DNA from: Pelagomonas calceolata
Lineage: Eukaryota
NCBI GenBank assembly: GCA_918797485.1
Contig: CAKKNE010000004.1
Location: 2,542,001 to 2,606,000, forward strand
Direction: 5' to 3'
DNA length: 64,000 bases
The translations under genes were made by a program, and so were the position numbers. Shown here piece by piece: positions 10,901-19,872 of the stretch; position 1 is the stretch's first letter, and each line of letters begins with the position of its first letter. Under the pieces are notes generated by a model, which saw nothing but the letters and a program-made list of their open reading frames with translations, had not been told where the DNA came from and did no database searches.

Positions 10901-11490
10901 GTGCGGGGTTGGCCTACGGCGCTTCGCTCCGAGCGGATTCTGTCCATGGGCTGATCTACTTTGGGTTGTATCGTAGTGCGTCGCCGAAGGAGGCGTTGGA
11001 CGCTGCTAAACAAATTGTTGCTGGGTACGCGGACGGATCTACTCCTATCAGGTCGGACGACTTCGCGAACGCGCGCGGTTCTCTGGCTTCGGGGTTGGTG
11101 GAGGGCGAGAAAACTAGATCCCAGGCCCTTTTCGGGGCGTGGCGCCGCGCTTTGTTGAATCAAGATTCAGATAGGAACCGGCAACTCATCAAGGCGGTCG
11201 GTTCCGTGTCCGAGAGGGACGCCTTGGACGCGATCCGCACCTGGGTGGCGCCGCTCTTCGACGACGCCTGCGCTTGCACGGCGATCGCGTGCGCGCCGGC
11301 CAAAGTGGAAACGTTGCGTGCGACTTTACTGGACACCAAGCGCCTGGCCGCTTCGCCAGAAGTGTATGATGATTCGACGCTGGAGGCCATGGTCGGGAGA
11401 AAACCGGAGCTGTCCCTGGCGAAGAAGGCCGGGTTCGTCGCGTTTGGGGCGTTTGCGGCGGTCGCGGTGCTGAGGGCTAGGAGAAAGTGA
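7933..11490 (+). CDS. M16-family (pitrilysin-like) zinc metallopeptidase with N-terminal SH3-like domain
   Basis: Inverted zincin motif HTLEH plus GTNAWT and GVVYCEMQG; hydrophobic and basic C-terminal tail. Confidence 0.9.
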   Translation: MPARKAKVGANGALVRLGFEKSSSKIKDLPAGSTVDVVETKGERCRLRSPAGWVSAKTLEFEPEMPLSPVLSRSPPKAISPPKQALDVQLSQRSTALEKALDTTPKAKPKKRAAKKPKSAAFDEQEPFELSGATVRCWVHSRTGCRVRLVSAPGPMANLYGVLATEATEEAWCKADDGLPHTLEHLVFLGSEDYPYKGVLDKLANRCLARGTNAWTDVDHTAYTVTTAGTQGLLNLLPIYVDHMLRPTLTDEGFVTEIHHVTGEGENKGVVYCEMQGRENSAESVAERACLGALYAKTGYASETGGICDNIRKLENKTIQRYHAEFYRAENLCLIVTGGVDAGQLLDVVDEALARSWPAEKVSSSKGLTRPWTTPVPPPSLPYTSRDVVFPSADEETGLVVCGWRASKYGDPHTDCRATLLWQYLCDGAASPMTKKFVDEGLCSGVFPSGDTFRVGYRQVWFDDVATDSLERVQAEFDAALVEQSKKGIDPTRMRDIIARQKRKTLAACEDDPCALLVSPVLKHFIYADQRDETSTLKELGDALGLLEYAQALDTATWDADLQKLASSADERVWVISRPSAAEASRQRDEEESRKQATIKREGPEGLKALQDKLDKAQEVNERDIPSEMLSCVPEPDLEEATTQLFDVQSFPGSTTLTKSAEAWVSPGQQWALDHVAGTQFCRVDVCCDTRGLAPELREFLPLLSEVLLKAPTYDDQGNVVSADDNISQLRRRTVSYGCGTGLLGSGTSWGFFVGCKVDRASESYQGGADIVRTILTQTDIFDEARVDQAVAKMSLELQSALRDGGTVARMALHALVFDRVADNGALLAYAAQRAFLREARFSLSKLGTLLGRRKQFMRDFGALALALFDPTTQISRVAGDLLGGVNPISAESLDTLSQTPSKAKEAFQKRCDQIGTRKAPRSEPAKPQQIRWGRLTVVGVGSLEGGSAFLNRCALGPSANDPLKWSASLAVALEYLNALEGDFWVKIRGAGLAYGASLRADSVHGLIYFGLYRSASPKEALDAAKQIVAGYADGSTPIRSDDFANARGSLASGLVEGEKTRSQALFGAWRRALLNQDSDRNRQLIKAVGSVSERDALDAIRTWVAPLFDDACACTAIACAPAKVETLRATLLDTKRLAASPEVYDDSTLEAMVGRKPELSLAKKAGFVAFGAFAAVAVLRARRK

Positions 11491-11523
11491 GGGCGTAAAT
11501 AAGTATCCTCCTTAGTCGCCTCA

Positions 11524-13197
11524 CTACTTCTGCGCCGTCACGAGCGCCTTCCAGCCCTTCACGAGGGCTGCGGCCATGGCGCTCACTTTAGTGGATTCGT
11601 GCTTCCGCAGCTGGGCCACGACCTTGCCGACGCCCGTCGCGCTCAACAAGTCGACGGTGAGCGACTTCGCGTGGAGGGCCCGCAAATGAATAATGAGGGG
11701 CTGCTCGGCCGCGCCCGCGGCCACTGTTGCTTTAAGAGAATCGACCTCACTCTGCAGACTCGTCTGGTCCCAGGCGATCAACGACCCTCGTTCAGCACGT
11801 AAATTCTGCTGGGAGATGGCGCGCTCCGCGTGCGACGCCGCCTGGCGCTTTGATCTAGGCGCACTCTGTGACGTGAAGTCCGCGGCTTCCGTGATCAATT
11901 GATTCAGCTCTTCCGGGTCCTTGTCCAATTCATCATCTGACTCGTCCTCGTCGGACGAGGGGGGCCGAGGTTTCGAGTAGCGCTTCGTGCACCTTAATTC
12001 CCCATCTGTCAGAGTCCCTCGCAGCCGGAAGTCGCCGAACTCGTTCTGGCCCCGCCCCGACGCAGTACGTGCACCGCTCGCATCCGGAGCCTCGAGATGC
12101 AGCGACACGACGGGCTCGCGGATCGTTCTTTTAGTGTCGCCCGTGCCGATCTCGAAACCACCTGAGAGATCTAAATGCGCCGGTATCACACCATCTTCCG
12201 TGTTTGAACGTCGGGTAGACGTCCCCGTGAGCTCGAACACACCACCTTCGTCACTTCTTTTGGATTCCGTCCACCTCCCGCTCCACGTGTAGACGCCGCC
12301 CTCACCGCCTCTGATAGATCCTTTCAATTGTATGGGCGGCGCCCGCTTCGGCTTCGCCGGGTCCTTGCCGTCGTCGTCAGAGTCTCCCGCGTCGAAGTCC
12401 TCATCATCATCATCGTCCTCTAGTAGAGTATCTGACGCTAGCACCGAGGTACTCAATTCTGTGGCATACGACCGCGCCGCCGCACATGTGCCATTTGCTA
12501 GATCGCAGAGCTTCGACGTCAAAACCCACCTCCCAAACCTATTCGCGCCTCGCCCCTCGACCTTCCAGCCGTTATCATTGACAAAACGTAATCGAGCCTG
12601 GAACTCCTTCTCCTTGGCTTGCGGTCCTGCTGTTGTTTTCAGGCAGAACCAGCCCTTGCACGCGAGCCATCTACCGGACTCGATGACGCCGCTCACCTTG
12701 GCTTCGGAGATATCCTTGACCACGAGGGGCTTCTTCGTCTTCACCAAAAACTTGGACCGCTCGCCGCGCTTCCAGGCGTCGGCGCCGAAGGCCCAGGCGC
12801 CGCTCCACGTCAAGCGCCCCGTCTTGTCTATGGTCAGCTTGCCTCTCAATAACGACTCGGGCGCGTCCTCGGGCTTTGCTGGAGGCGCCTCGACCTTCTT
12901 CTTCGGCGGCTTGTCCTTCTTCGGCCGCGGGCTCCGCTTCTTCTTGGGCTTCGGCGCCGCCTTCTCGAGGGCCTCGGGCTCGGCGTCGGGCGCCGTCCAC
13001 AAATCCGTCATGACGGCCTTGATCGTCTTCTTGAAGGGCTTCAGCAGGGCCTCGTCCACATCTAATCTACGTGCGGCGCGCTCGCGCACGTCGCGCTGCG
13101 ACGACAGGCCCTCGGTCAGGCTCGCGAGGAACTCGGGGTCCTCCTCGGCTTCTTCTTCCACAGCCTTGCGGACCTGCTCGTCCGTGACCTCGGCCAT
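11524..13197 (-). CDS. Nuclear protein with C-terminal TFIIS-N/Med26-like domain
   Basis: LTVDLLSATGVGKVVAQLRKH...LVKGWK; DEK-C-like N-terminus; two beta-rich repeats (GRGANRFG, GRGQNEFG). Confidence 0.8.
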   Translation of the reverse strand: MAEVTDEQVRKAVEEEAEEDPEFLASLTEGLSSQRDVRERAARRLDVDEALLKPFKKTIKAVMTDLWTAPDAEPEALEKAAPKPKKKRSPRPKKDKPPKKKVEAPPAKPEDAPESLLRGKLTIDKTGRLTWSGAWAFGADAWKRGERSKFLVKTKKPLVVKDISEAKVSGVIESGRWLACKGWFCLKTTAGPQAKEKEFQARLRFVNDNGWKVEGRGANRFGRWVLTSKLCDLANGTCAAARSYATELSTSVLASDTLLEDDDDDEDFDAGDSDDDGKDPAKPKRAPPIQLKGSIRGGEGGVYTWSGRWTESKRSDEGGVFELTGTSTRRSNTEDGVIPAHLDLSGGFEIGTGDTKRTIREPVVSLHLEAPDASGARTASGRGQNEFGDFRLRGTLTDGELRCTKRYSKPRPPSSDEDESDDELDKDPEELNQLITEAADFTSQSAPRSKRQAASHAERAISQQNLRAERGSLIAWDQTSLQSEVDSLKATVAAGAAEQPLIIHLRALHAKSLTVDLLSATGVGKVVAQLRKHESTKVSAMAAALVKGWKALVTAQK

Positions 13198-13471
13198 GGT
13201 TTCGCGCGGTTCCGCGGTCTCCAGCGGTCGCGGCGACGTCGCGCAGGCCTCCGGGCCCGGTTGTTGGGCGGCAACGCTCGCGCGGTTTCGAGTGGGCTCA
13301 AAAGCTCTGCTAGGCGGCACACTCGCTCCTGCGGCGCGGCGTCGGTGTGCGGCTTCGAAGCTGGTCCCACAGCCTTCGCAGTAATGATAGGCGATCTTCC
13401 GGACGTGCCAGGCTTGCAGCGCTTGCAAATCCCTAGCTCTCAGGCCTTGGGCAGTTTGAGCTGTAGCTTTG

Positions 13472-13491
13472 CTAGTGTCTTACACCGCTAG
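13472..13491 (+). promoter_or_regulatory. Recurrent intergenic CTAG-box motif
   Basis: CTAGTGTCTTACACCGCTAG, ~275 bp upstream of the minus-strand gene starting at 13197. Confidence 0.6.
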
Positions 13492-13555
13492 AAAACGGCG
13501 CACGCATCGCTCCCCACGCCATCGCCGCGAGTCCGAGCGCTAAGATATACCACTA

Positions 13556-14116
13556 TTACTGCTTCTTTTTCGATTCGAACTTGGCGACCATCTTCTGGAC
13601 GGTGTCGGCGAAGCCCGCCTCCCAGAAGTAGCCCCCGGTGTCGAAGAACTTGCCGACGCAGTGCTTCTCCTCGTAAGGTGGGGCGTCCGGCGTGTCGTAC
13701 TCCACAATGATCGTGAACAGGTCCTGGAACTTCGGGAAATCAGTCCGCACCCTCAGTCCATGTTCCGCGTTTTTGGGCTTCGTGATGAGCACGATGTCCC
13801 TCTCGACGTATTTCACGACCAACTGGTGGATGCCGCTAAACACGAAATAGCCGCCGCAGCACACGCCTAGTATCGGCCGGACCTTCGGGAACGGGATCGG
13901 GTTGAACTGCGCGGCACAAGCAAATAAACACGCGATGATCATCAATGAAATCTTCAGATTATCGATGAAGTGCACTTCGTCGTAGCCCTTGGCGAGCACA
14001 GCCTTGACCGTGGCTTCGTCTAGTATTTGTTTCACTTTTAGGGAGTCGCCCGTATCAATATGCTGGTAGTCGTCCTCGCCTTCCGCGGCCTCGGGCTTGG
14101 GCTGGGACGCGCCCAT
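13556..14116 (-). CDS. SPCS2: Signal peptidase complex subunit 2 (SPC25)
   Basis: KQILDE, two TM helices with CCGGYF, and C-terminal VGKFFDTGG typical of SPCS2. Confidence 0.9.
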   Translation of the reverse strand: MGASQPKPEAAEGEDDYQHIDTGDSLKVKQILDEATVKAVLAKGYDEVHFIDNLKISLMIIACLFACAAQFNPIPFPKVRPILGVCCGGYFVFSGIHQLVVKYVERDIVLITKPKNAEHGLRVRTDFPKFQDLFTIIVEYDTPDAPPYEEKHCVGKFFDTGGYFWEAGFADTVQKMVAKFESKKKQ

Positions 14117-14342
14117 CGCTCAGGTGTCGCCGCGGCGGCGTTCCGTCGCGCGCGCGCAGAGCGTGGTCGCTCGCCGGCGGCGGCTGTAGGGTTGCTGTCG
14201 CTGCACTCGCTGCCGAGTGGTGTGGTTGGCCGCAGCGCTGGACTTTCTGGCACGTAGAGTGCTGTAAGCTGTGCCCTGCTATGAACAGCGCTATGTGCAG
14301 CTGTGCTGCAGAGTTTTTTTTGCGCTGCTTGTGTAAGGATGC

Positions 14343-14364
14343 CTAGTGTCTTACAGGCCGCTAG
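14343..14364 (+). promoter_or_regulatory. Recurrent intergenic CTAG-box motif
   Basis: Identical to 1592-1613; ~230 bp upstream of SPCS2. Confidence 0.65.
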
Positions 14365-14602
14365 CTTAAAGTCTACACCTCAGAAACCGTTGTTACGACT
14401 CGTGGGGGGGACACGTAGCGTCCTCGCCGCTCATGTGATGTGGGCGCTCGCGCGGCAGACGGGCGCGCGGCCGCCGCGAAACACGTAGACGCCAGCCGCC
14501 GCGCGGATGCAAGAGCCATAATCTAAATATTATATAGACGACCGGAGACGAGTGGACCGTGGGAAAATAGCATCCGAATCCAAAAACTTCGCCGGAAGGC
14601 TC

Positions 14603-16057
14603 TCAGAGAGGAGGCCTCGGCGGCGCGCGGGGGTCATACGGCGGCCGCGGCCGCGGCTGTGTGGGATACGTCCCGGGGCCCGGCGGCGGCGCGCCGTGCG
14701 CGTATCTCGGCGGCCCGTACCTAGGATCCGGCGGCCGCGGGGGCCGCGGGACCGACGCGTACGGTGGCGGCGGCGCGCCGTAGCCTCGAGGTACAAGCTG
14801 TGGAACGCCGTACCCGCGTGGCGGCCCCGGCACCACGGCGTACGGCGGCCGCGGGGCGTACGCCGGCGGTCGCGGCACCGCGCGCGGCGGCATCGCCATC
14901 GCGGGCAGCATGTAGGCGTCCGGCGGCGGCGGCGACAGGCGCCGCGGCGGTGGCGGCGCCGTCGGCGCCAGCAGCACCGGGGCCTGGGCCGCGAACGAAC
15001 CCGGCTCGCGCAGGACCTGCTGCTTGAGCACCTCGAACTCGGCCGCCGAGAGGCTGCCGCTGTCGCGGAGGGCGCGGAGCTGCTCGAGCCGGCTCACGAC
15101 GTCGGTCGGCTCGCCCGGCGGCTCGTCGGGCTCGCGCGGCCGGAGCTCCTCCTGCGCGCGGACCGACCCGCTTTCGCGCCGCCGACGCGAAGAGTTGATT
15201 TTTCCGCGCGGAAGACTACGGCGCTGTGCGCGTAGGAGCAGCTCACGCCGTAGGGGCACGTGCCCGCGCCGTAGCGGCACATGCGCGTCTTGTACTTCTT
15301 GTCCTGCGTCTTCGCCGGCGGCGGCCGCAAGTACTGGAGCTCCTCGACCTGCGTCGGTGGCGTCGAGCGGGTCCCGCGCCATCGGCGCGACGCGTCGTCG
15401 CCGCGTCTATGGCGTCGAGTGCGTCCACATCATCGGCACGACGCGTCGTCGCGCGCGGGGGCGACGGCGGCGCTCTCGGCGGGACGCGTCGTCACACACA
15501 CGAGACTCGCGAAGGCGGGACGCCGGCCCGCGGACCGTGTGCGCGTACTGGCAGCGGCCGTCCGCATAAAAGGGGCACTCCGAGGCGGCGTAGCGGCAGG
15601 GCTTCGTCTTGTATTCAGGGAGCCACCAGCGCGCCTGCGGCGGCCTCAATTCGGACTCGTCGTGGGCGAAGAAGCAGCGGCCCGGGCCGTAGGGGCACTT
15701 ATCGCCGTAGATGCAGATGCGCGTCTTGTACCTGGGTGCGTAGACTTACACTCTTTTTTCGTAAACGCGACGGACGCGGGACCCTTGCTGCCGCTGCTGC
15801 TCGAAGGGCTCCGCCTTGGCGTCGCCGGACCGCGGGTGGGTCTGGGTGAGCGAGAAGGCCGCGAAGTCCGCCGGCAGGGACGCGACCAGGTCCTCCTCGT
15901 CGGCCGCGGGCGCGGGTGCCTCAAGCGTTCGCGGGTCGGCGGCGCGCGGGTCCAGCCCTGACGGTTCATCTTGTTTCGACTCGTACGCCGGCTCCGGCTG
16001 CTCCGGTGTCTCCGCTGGTGCGGATCCGTCGGTGTTGGCAGCTGGTTCGTTCCACAT
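14603..16057 (-). CDS. Triple CCCH zinc-finger protein (TIS11-like fingers) with SHOCT-like helix and Pro/Tyr-rich tail, copy 1
   Basis: YKTRIC...C...C...H, YKTKPC, YKTRMC fingers. Introns 15732-15788 (GC-AG), 15349-15535 and 15152-15219 restore one reading frame. Confidence 0.85.
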
Positions 16058-16967
16058 ACGAGGCTCGCGTATTGCCAATTACCCACGCTCAGCGTTAGCT
16101 CATTATTACTCACTCGGTACGGCTCGCGACGCAGCGCTTTCTTCCGTGAAGCATAGCGCACGTCTCAGGTTCCCCTTTCACAGCTGGAACCCACTCATCG
16201 TGCACCACAGCCGGCGCTGAGCCGCGTTTTAAGACCGGCTCTGATCGTCAGAGATAAAGGGGCGCCTGTGTTTACCAACTTCAAAACCCCTCTCGAACCT
16301 TATTTCAGGCCTCAGAGAAGTCCTGTAGCGGTATATCGGCAATAGTTGGAATTAGATCGGTTCCATTACTGAGCACATACCCTCTGTCACAGCAAAAAGC
16401 GAGTTCAACCAGCTTAATTGTTGACGAGAGGTCTGAAACGACGAGGACGCGCGCGCAGCAGCCATCCGCAACGAATCGTTGCCGCGCGCGTGGGCAAAGG
16501 GCGGTCTCGTTGCCCAAAAGCAGGGCAGCACTGGCAGTGGGTTCTGAGGGTTGCAACCCCGGCGCGCGCGCGAACGAAACGATCGAACAACGCACACGAG
16601 GCCTCGGAGCCAGTGTGTGCAAACGCGGTCTACAGACTGGCACGAGGACTCGATGATGATGAGGACCGTGTCGCGGACGCCGTCGGAGCGCGCGCAGCCG
16701 TCGCGACGACGTTCGTCGCGCCGAAGCGACGACGAGTCGACTGATCGACGACGCGGCGCCGATGACAACTCTACAACGACGACGAGGCCACACTTGACGA
16801 TCTCCGTGAGGCCGTAGAGAGACGCTCGAGGAGACGACGCGGGCGGCGCGGCGCGTGTTCGGTGGTGCGCACTCGCTCGCAGCGGCGATTAAGGAGGAGT
16901 TTCGATTCGCGCGACCGGCGCTCAGCGCTCGCGAAACGCCGCCCTAATGCTAGACGCCCGCCGGATG

Positions 16968-17163
16968 CAAGAGCCATAACCTAATACCGGCTTCGGGTCG
17001 CGCGTCGAAGTAAGGCGAAACGCGCGGCAAGGACGACCAGGCCGGCGGCTTCCTGATGAGTACACGGGCATAATCATTTATATATCAATAGCTATAGTTG
17101 GCGCTCGGGGATTCACTTCCTCCCAAGAAACTGGCTATTAACCCTCCAAGAGCCATAATCTAA
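16968..17163 (+). mobile_element. Small insertion with target-site-like direct repeats, carrying a hammerhead motif
   Basis: CAAGAGCCATAA(C/T)CTAA at 16968-16984 and 17147-17163; the paralogous site at 14510-14526 has a single copy and no insert. Confidence 0.75.
16987..17061 (+). ncRNA. Putative hammerhead ribozyme, non-circularly permuted
   Basis: GUC at 17004-17006, CGAAAC at 17016-17021, CUGAUGAG at 17053-17060. Stem III 16997-17005/17020-17028 (9 bp), stem I 17007-17011/17048-17052, stem II G17060-C17016. Confidence 0.7.
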
Positions 17164-17242
17164 ATCTCTTATATACACGACTAGACACGAGTGGACTGGT
17201 GGCAAAGTAGCATCCGAATCCAAAAATTTCGCCGGATGGCTC

Positions 17243-18687
17243 TCAGCGAGGAGGCCTCGGCGGCGCGCAGGGGTCGTACGGCGGCCGCGGCCGAGGATAC
17301 GTCCCGGGATCCGGCGGCGGCGCGCCGTAAGCGTATCTCGGCGGCCGCGGCGCCGCGTAGCCTTGAGGTGCGTACCCAGGAACCGGCGGCCGCCGTGGCG
17401 GCGGCGCGCCGTAGCCTCGAGGTACAAGCTGTGGAACGCCGTACCCGCGCGGCGGCCCCGGCACCGCGGCGTACGGCGGCTCGTACGCCGGCGGTCGCGG
17501 CACCGCGCGCGGCGGCATCGCCATCGCGGGCAGCATGTAGGCGTCCGGCGGCGGCGGCGACAGGCGCCGCGGCGGTGGCGGCGCCGTCGGCGCCAGCAGC
17601 ACCGGGGCCTGGGCCGCGAACGAGCCCGGCTCGCGCAGGACCTGCTGCTTGAGCACCTCGAACTCGGCCGCCGAGACGCTGCCGCTGTTGCGTAGGGCGC
17701 GGAGTCGCTCGAGCCGGCTGACGACGTCGGTCGGCTCGCCCGGCGGCTCGTCGGGCTCGAGCGGCCGGAGCTCCTCCTGCGCGCGGACCGACCCGCTTTC
17801 GCGCCGCCGACGCGAAGAGTTGATTTTTCCGCGCGGAAGACTACGGCGCTGTGCGCGTAGGAGCAGCTCACGCCGTAGGGGCACGTGCCCGCGCCGTAGC
17901 GGCACATGCGCGTCTTGTACCTCTTGTCCTGCGTCTTCGCCGGCGGCGGCCGCAAGTACTGGAGCTCCTCGACCTGCGTCGGTGGCGTCGAGCGGGTCCC
18001 GCGCCATCGGCGCGACGCGTCGTCGCCGCGTCGATGGCGTCGAGTGCGTCCACATCATCGGCACGACGCGTCGTCGCGCGCGGGGGCGACGGCGGCGCTC
18101 TCGGCGGGACGCGTCGTCACACACACGAGACTCCGCGCGAAGGCGCGGGACGCCGGCCCGCGGACCGTGTGCGCGTACTGGCAGCGGCCGTCCGCATAAA
18201 AGGGGCACTCCGAGGCGGCGTAGCGGCAGGGCTTCGTCTTGTATTCAGGGAGCCACCAGCGCGCCTGCGGCGGCCTCAATTCGGACTCGTCGTGGGCGAA
18301 GAAGCAGCGGCCCGGGCCGTAGGGGCACTTATCGCCGTAGATGCAGATGCGCGTCTTGTACCTGGGTGCGTAGACTTACACTCTTTTTTCGTAAACGCGA
18401 CGGACGCGGGACCCTTGCTGCCGCTGCTGCTCGAAGGGCTCCGCCTTGGCGTCGCCGGACCGCGGGTGGGTCTGGGTGAGCGAGAAGGCCGCGAAGTCCG
18501 CCGGCAGGGACGCGACCAGGTCCTCCTCGTCGGCCGCGGGCGCGGGTGCCTCAGGCGTTCGCGGGTCGGCGGCGCGCGGGTCCAGCCCTGACGGTTCATC
18601 TTGTTTCGACTCGTACGCCGGCTCCGGCGGCTCCGGTGTCTCCGCTGGTGCGGATCCGTCGGTGTTGGCAGCTGGTTCGTTCCACAT
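17243..18687 (-). CDS. Triple CCCH zinc-finger protein, copy 2 (chimeric)
   Basis: Introns 18362-18418, 17974-18165 and 17777-17844; 5' half matches copy 1, 3' half matches copy 3. Confidence 0.85.
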
Positions 18688-19597
18688 ACGAGGCTCGCGT
18701 AGTGCCAATTACCCACGCTCAGCGTTAGCTCATTATTACTCACTCGGTACGGCTCGCGACGCAGCGCTTTCTTCCGTGAAGCATAGCGCACGTCTCAGGT
18801 TCCCTTTTCACAGCTTGAACCCACTCATCGTGCACCACAGCCGGCGCTGAGCCGCGTTTTAAGACCGGCTCTGATCGTCAGAGATAAAGGGGCGCCTGTG
18901 TTCTCCAACTTCAAAACCCCTCCCGACCCTTATTTCAGGCCTCAGAGAAGTCCTGTAGCGGTATATCGGCAATAGTTGGAATTAGATCGGTTCCATTACT
19001 GAGCACATACCCTCTGTCACAGCAAAAAGCGAGTTCAACCAGCTTAATTGTTGACGAGAGGTCTGAAACGACGAGGACGCGCGCGCAGCAGCCATCCGCA
19101 ACGAATCGTTGCCGCGCGCGTGGGCAAAGGGCGGTCTCGTTGCCCAAAAAGGGCAGCACTGCCAGTGGGTTCTGAGGGTTGCAACCCGCGCGCGCCACGA
19201 CGAGCAACGATCGAACAACGCACACGAGGCCTCGGAGCCAGCGTGCAGTCGAAGTCGACAGACGGGCACGAGGACTCGATGATGCTGAGGACCGTGTCGC
19301 GGACGCCGTCGGAGTGCACGCAGCCGTCGCGACGACGGTCGTGTCGTCTTGAAGCGCTGACGAGAGTCGACTGATCGACGACGCGGCGCCGGTGACAACT
19401 CTACAACGACGACGAGGCCACGCTTGACGATCTCCGCGCGGCCGTAGAGAGACGCTCGAGGAGACGACGCGGACGGCGCGGCGCGTGTTCGGTGGTGCGC
19501 ACCCGCTCGCAGCGGCGATTAAGGAGGAGTTTCGATTCGCGCGACCGGCGCTCAGCGCTCGCGAAACGCCGCCCTAATGCTAGACGCCCGCCGGATG

Positions 19598-19793
19598 CAA
19601 GAGCCATAACCTAATACCGGCTTCGGGTCGCGCGTCGAAGTAAGGCGAAACGCGCGGCAAGGACGACCAGGCCGGCGGCTTCCTGATGAGTACACGGGCA
19701 TAATCATTTATATATCAATAGCTATAGTTGGCGCTCGGGGATTCACTTCCTCCCAAGAAACTGGCTATTAACCCTCCAAGAGCCATAATCTAA
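19598..19793 (+). mobile_element. Second copy of the hammerhead-bearing insertion
   Basis: Same sequence as 16968-17163 offset by 2630. Confidence 0.75.
19617..19691 (+). ncRNA. Putative permuted hammerhead ribozyme, copy 2
   Basis: Identical to 16987-17061; predicted cleavage after C19636. Confidence 0.7.
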
Positions 19794-19872
19794 ATCTCTT
19801 ATATACACGACTAGACACGAGTGGACTGGTGGCAAAGTAGCATCCGAATCCAAAAATTTCGCCGGATGGCTC

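Noticed and set aside
17137..17146. TTAACCCT at the insert end as a telomeric repeat
   Set aside because: A single short match; too weak to claim.
16305..19607. Spacer ORFs (e.g. 16305-16793, 16771-16977, 18935-19398)
   Set aside because: No motifs; several shift frame between copies; they recur only because of the duplication.
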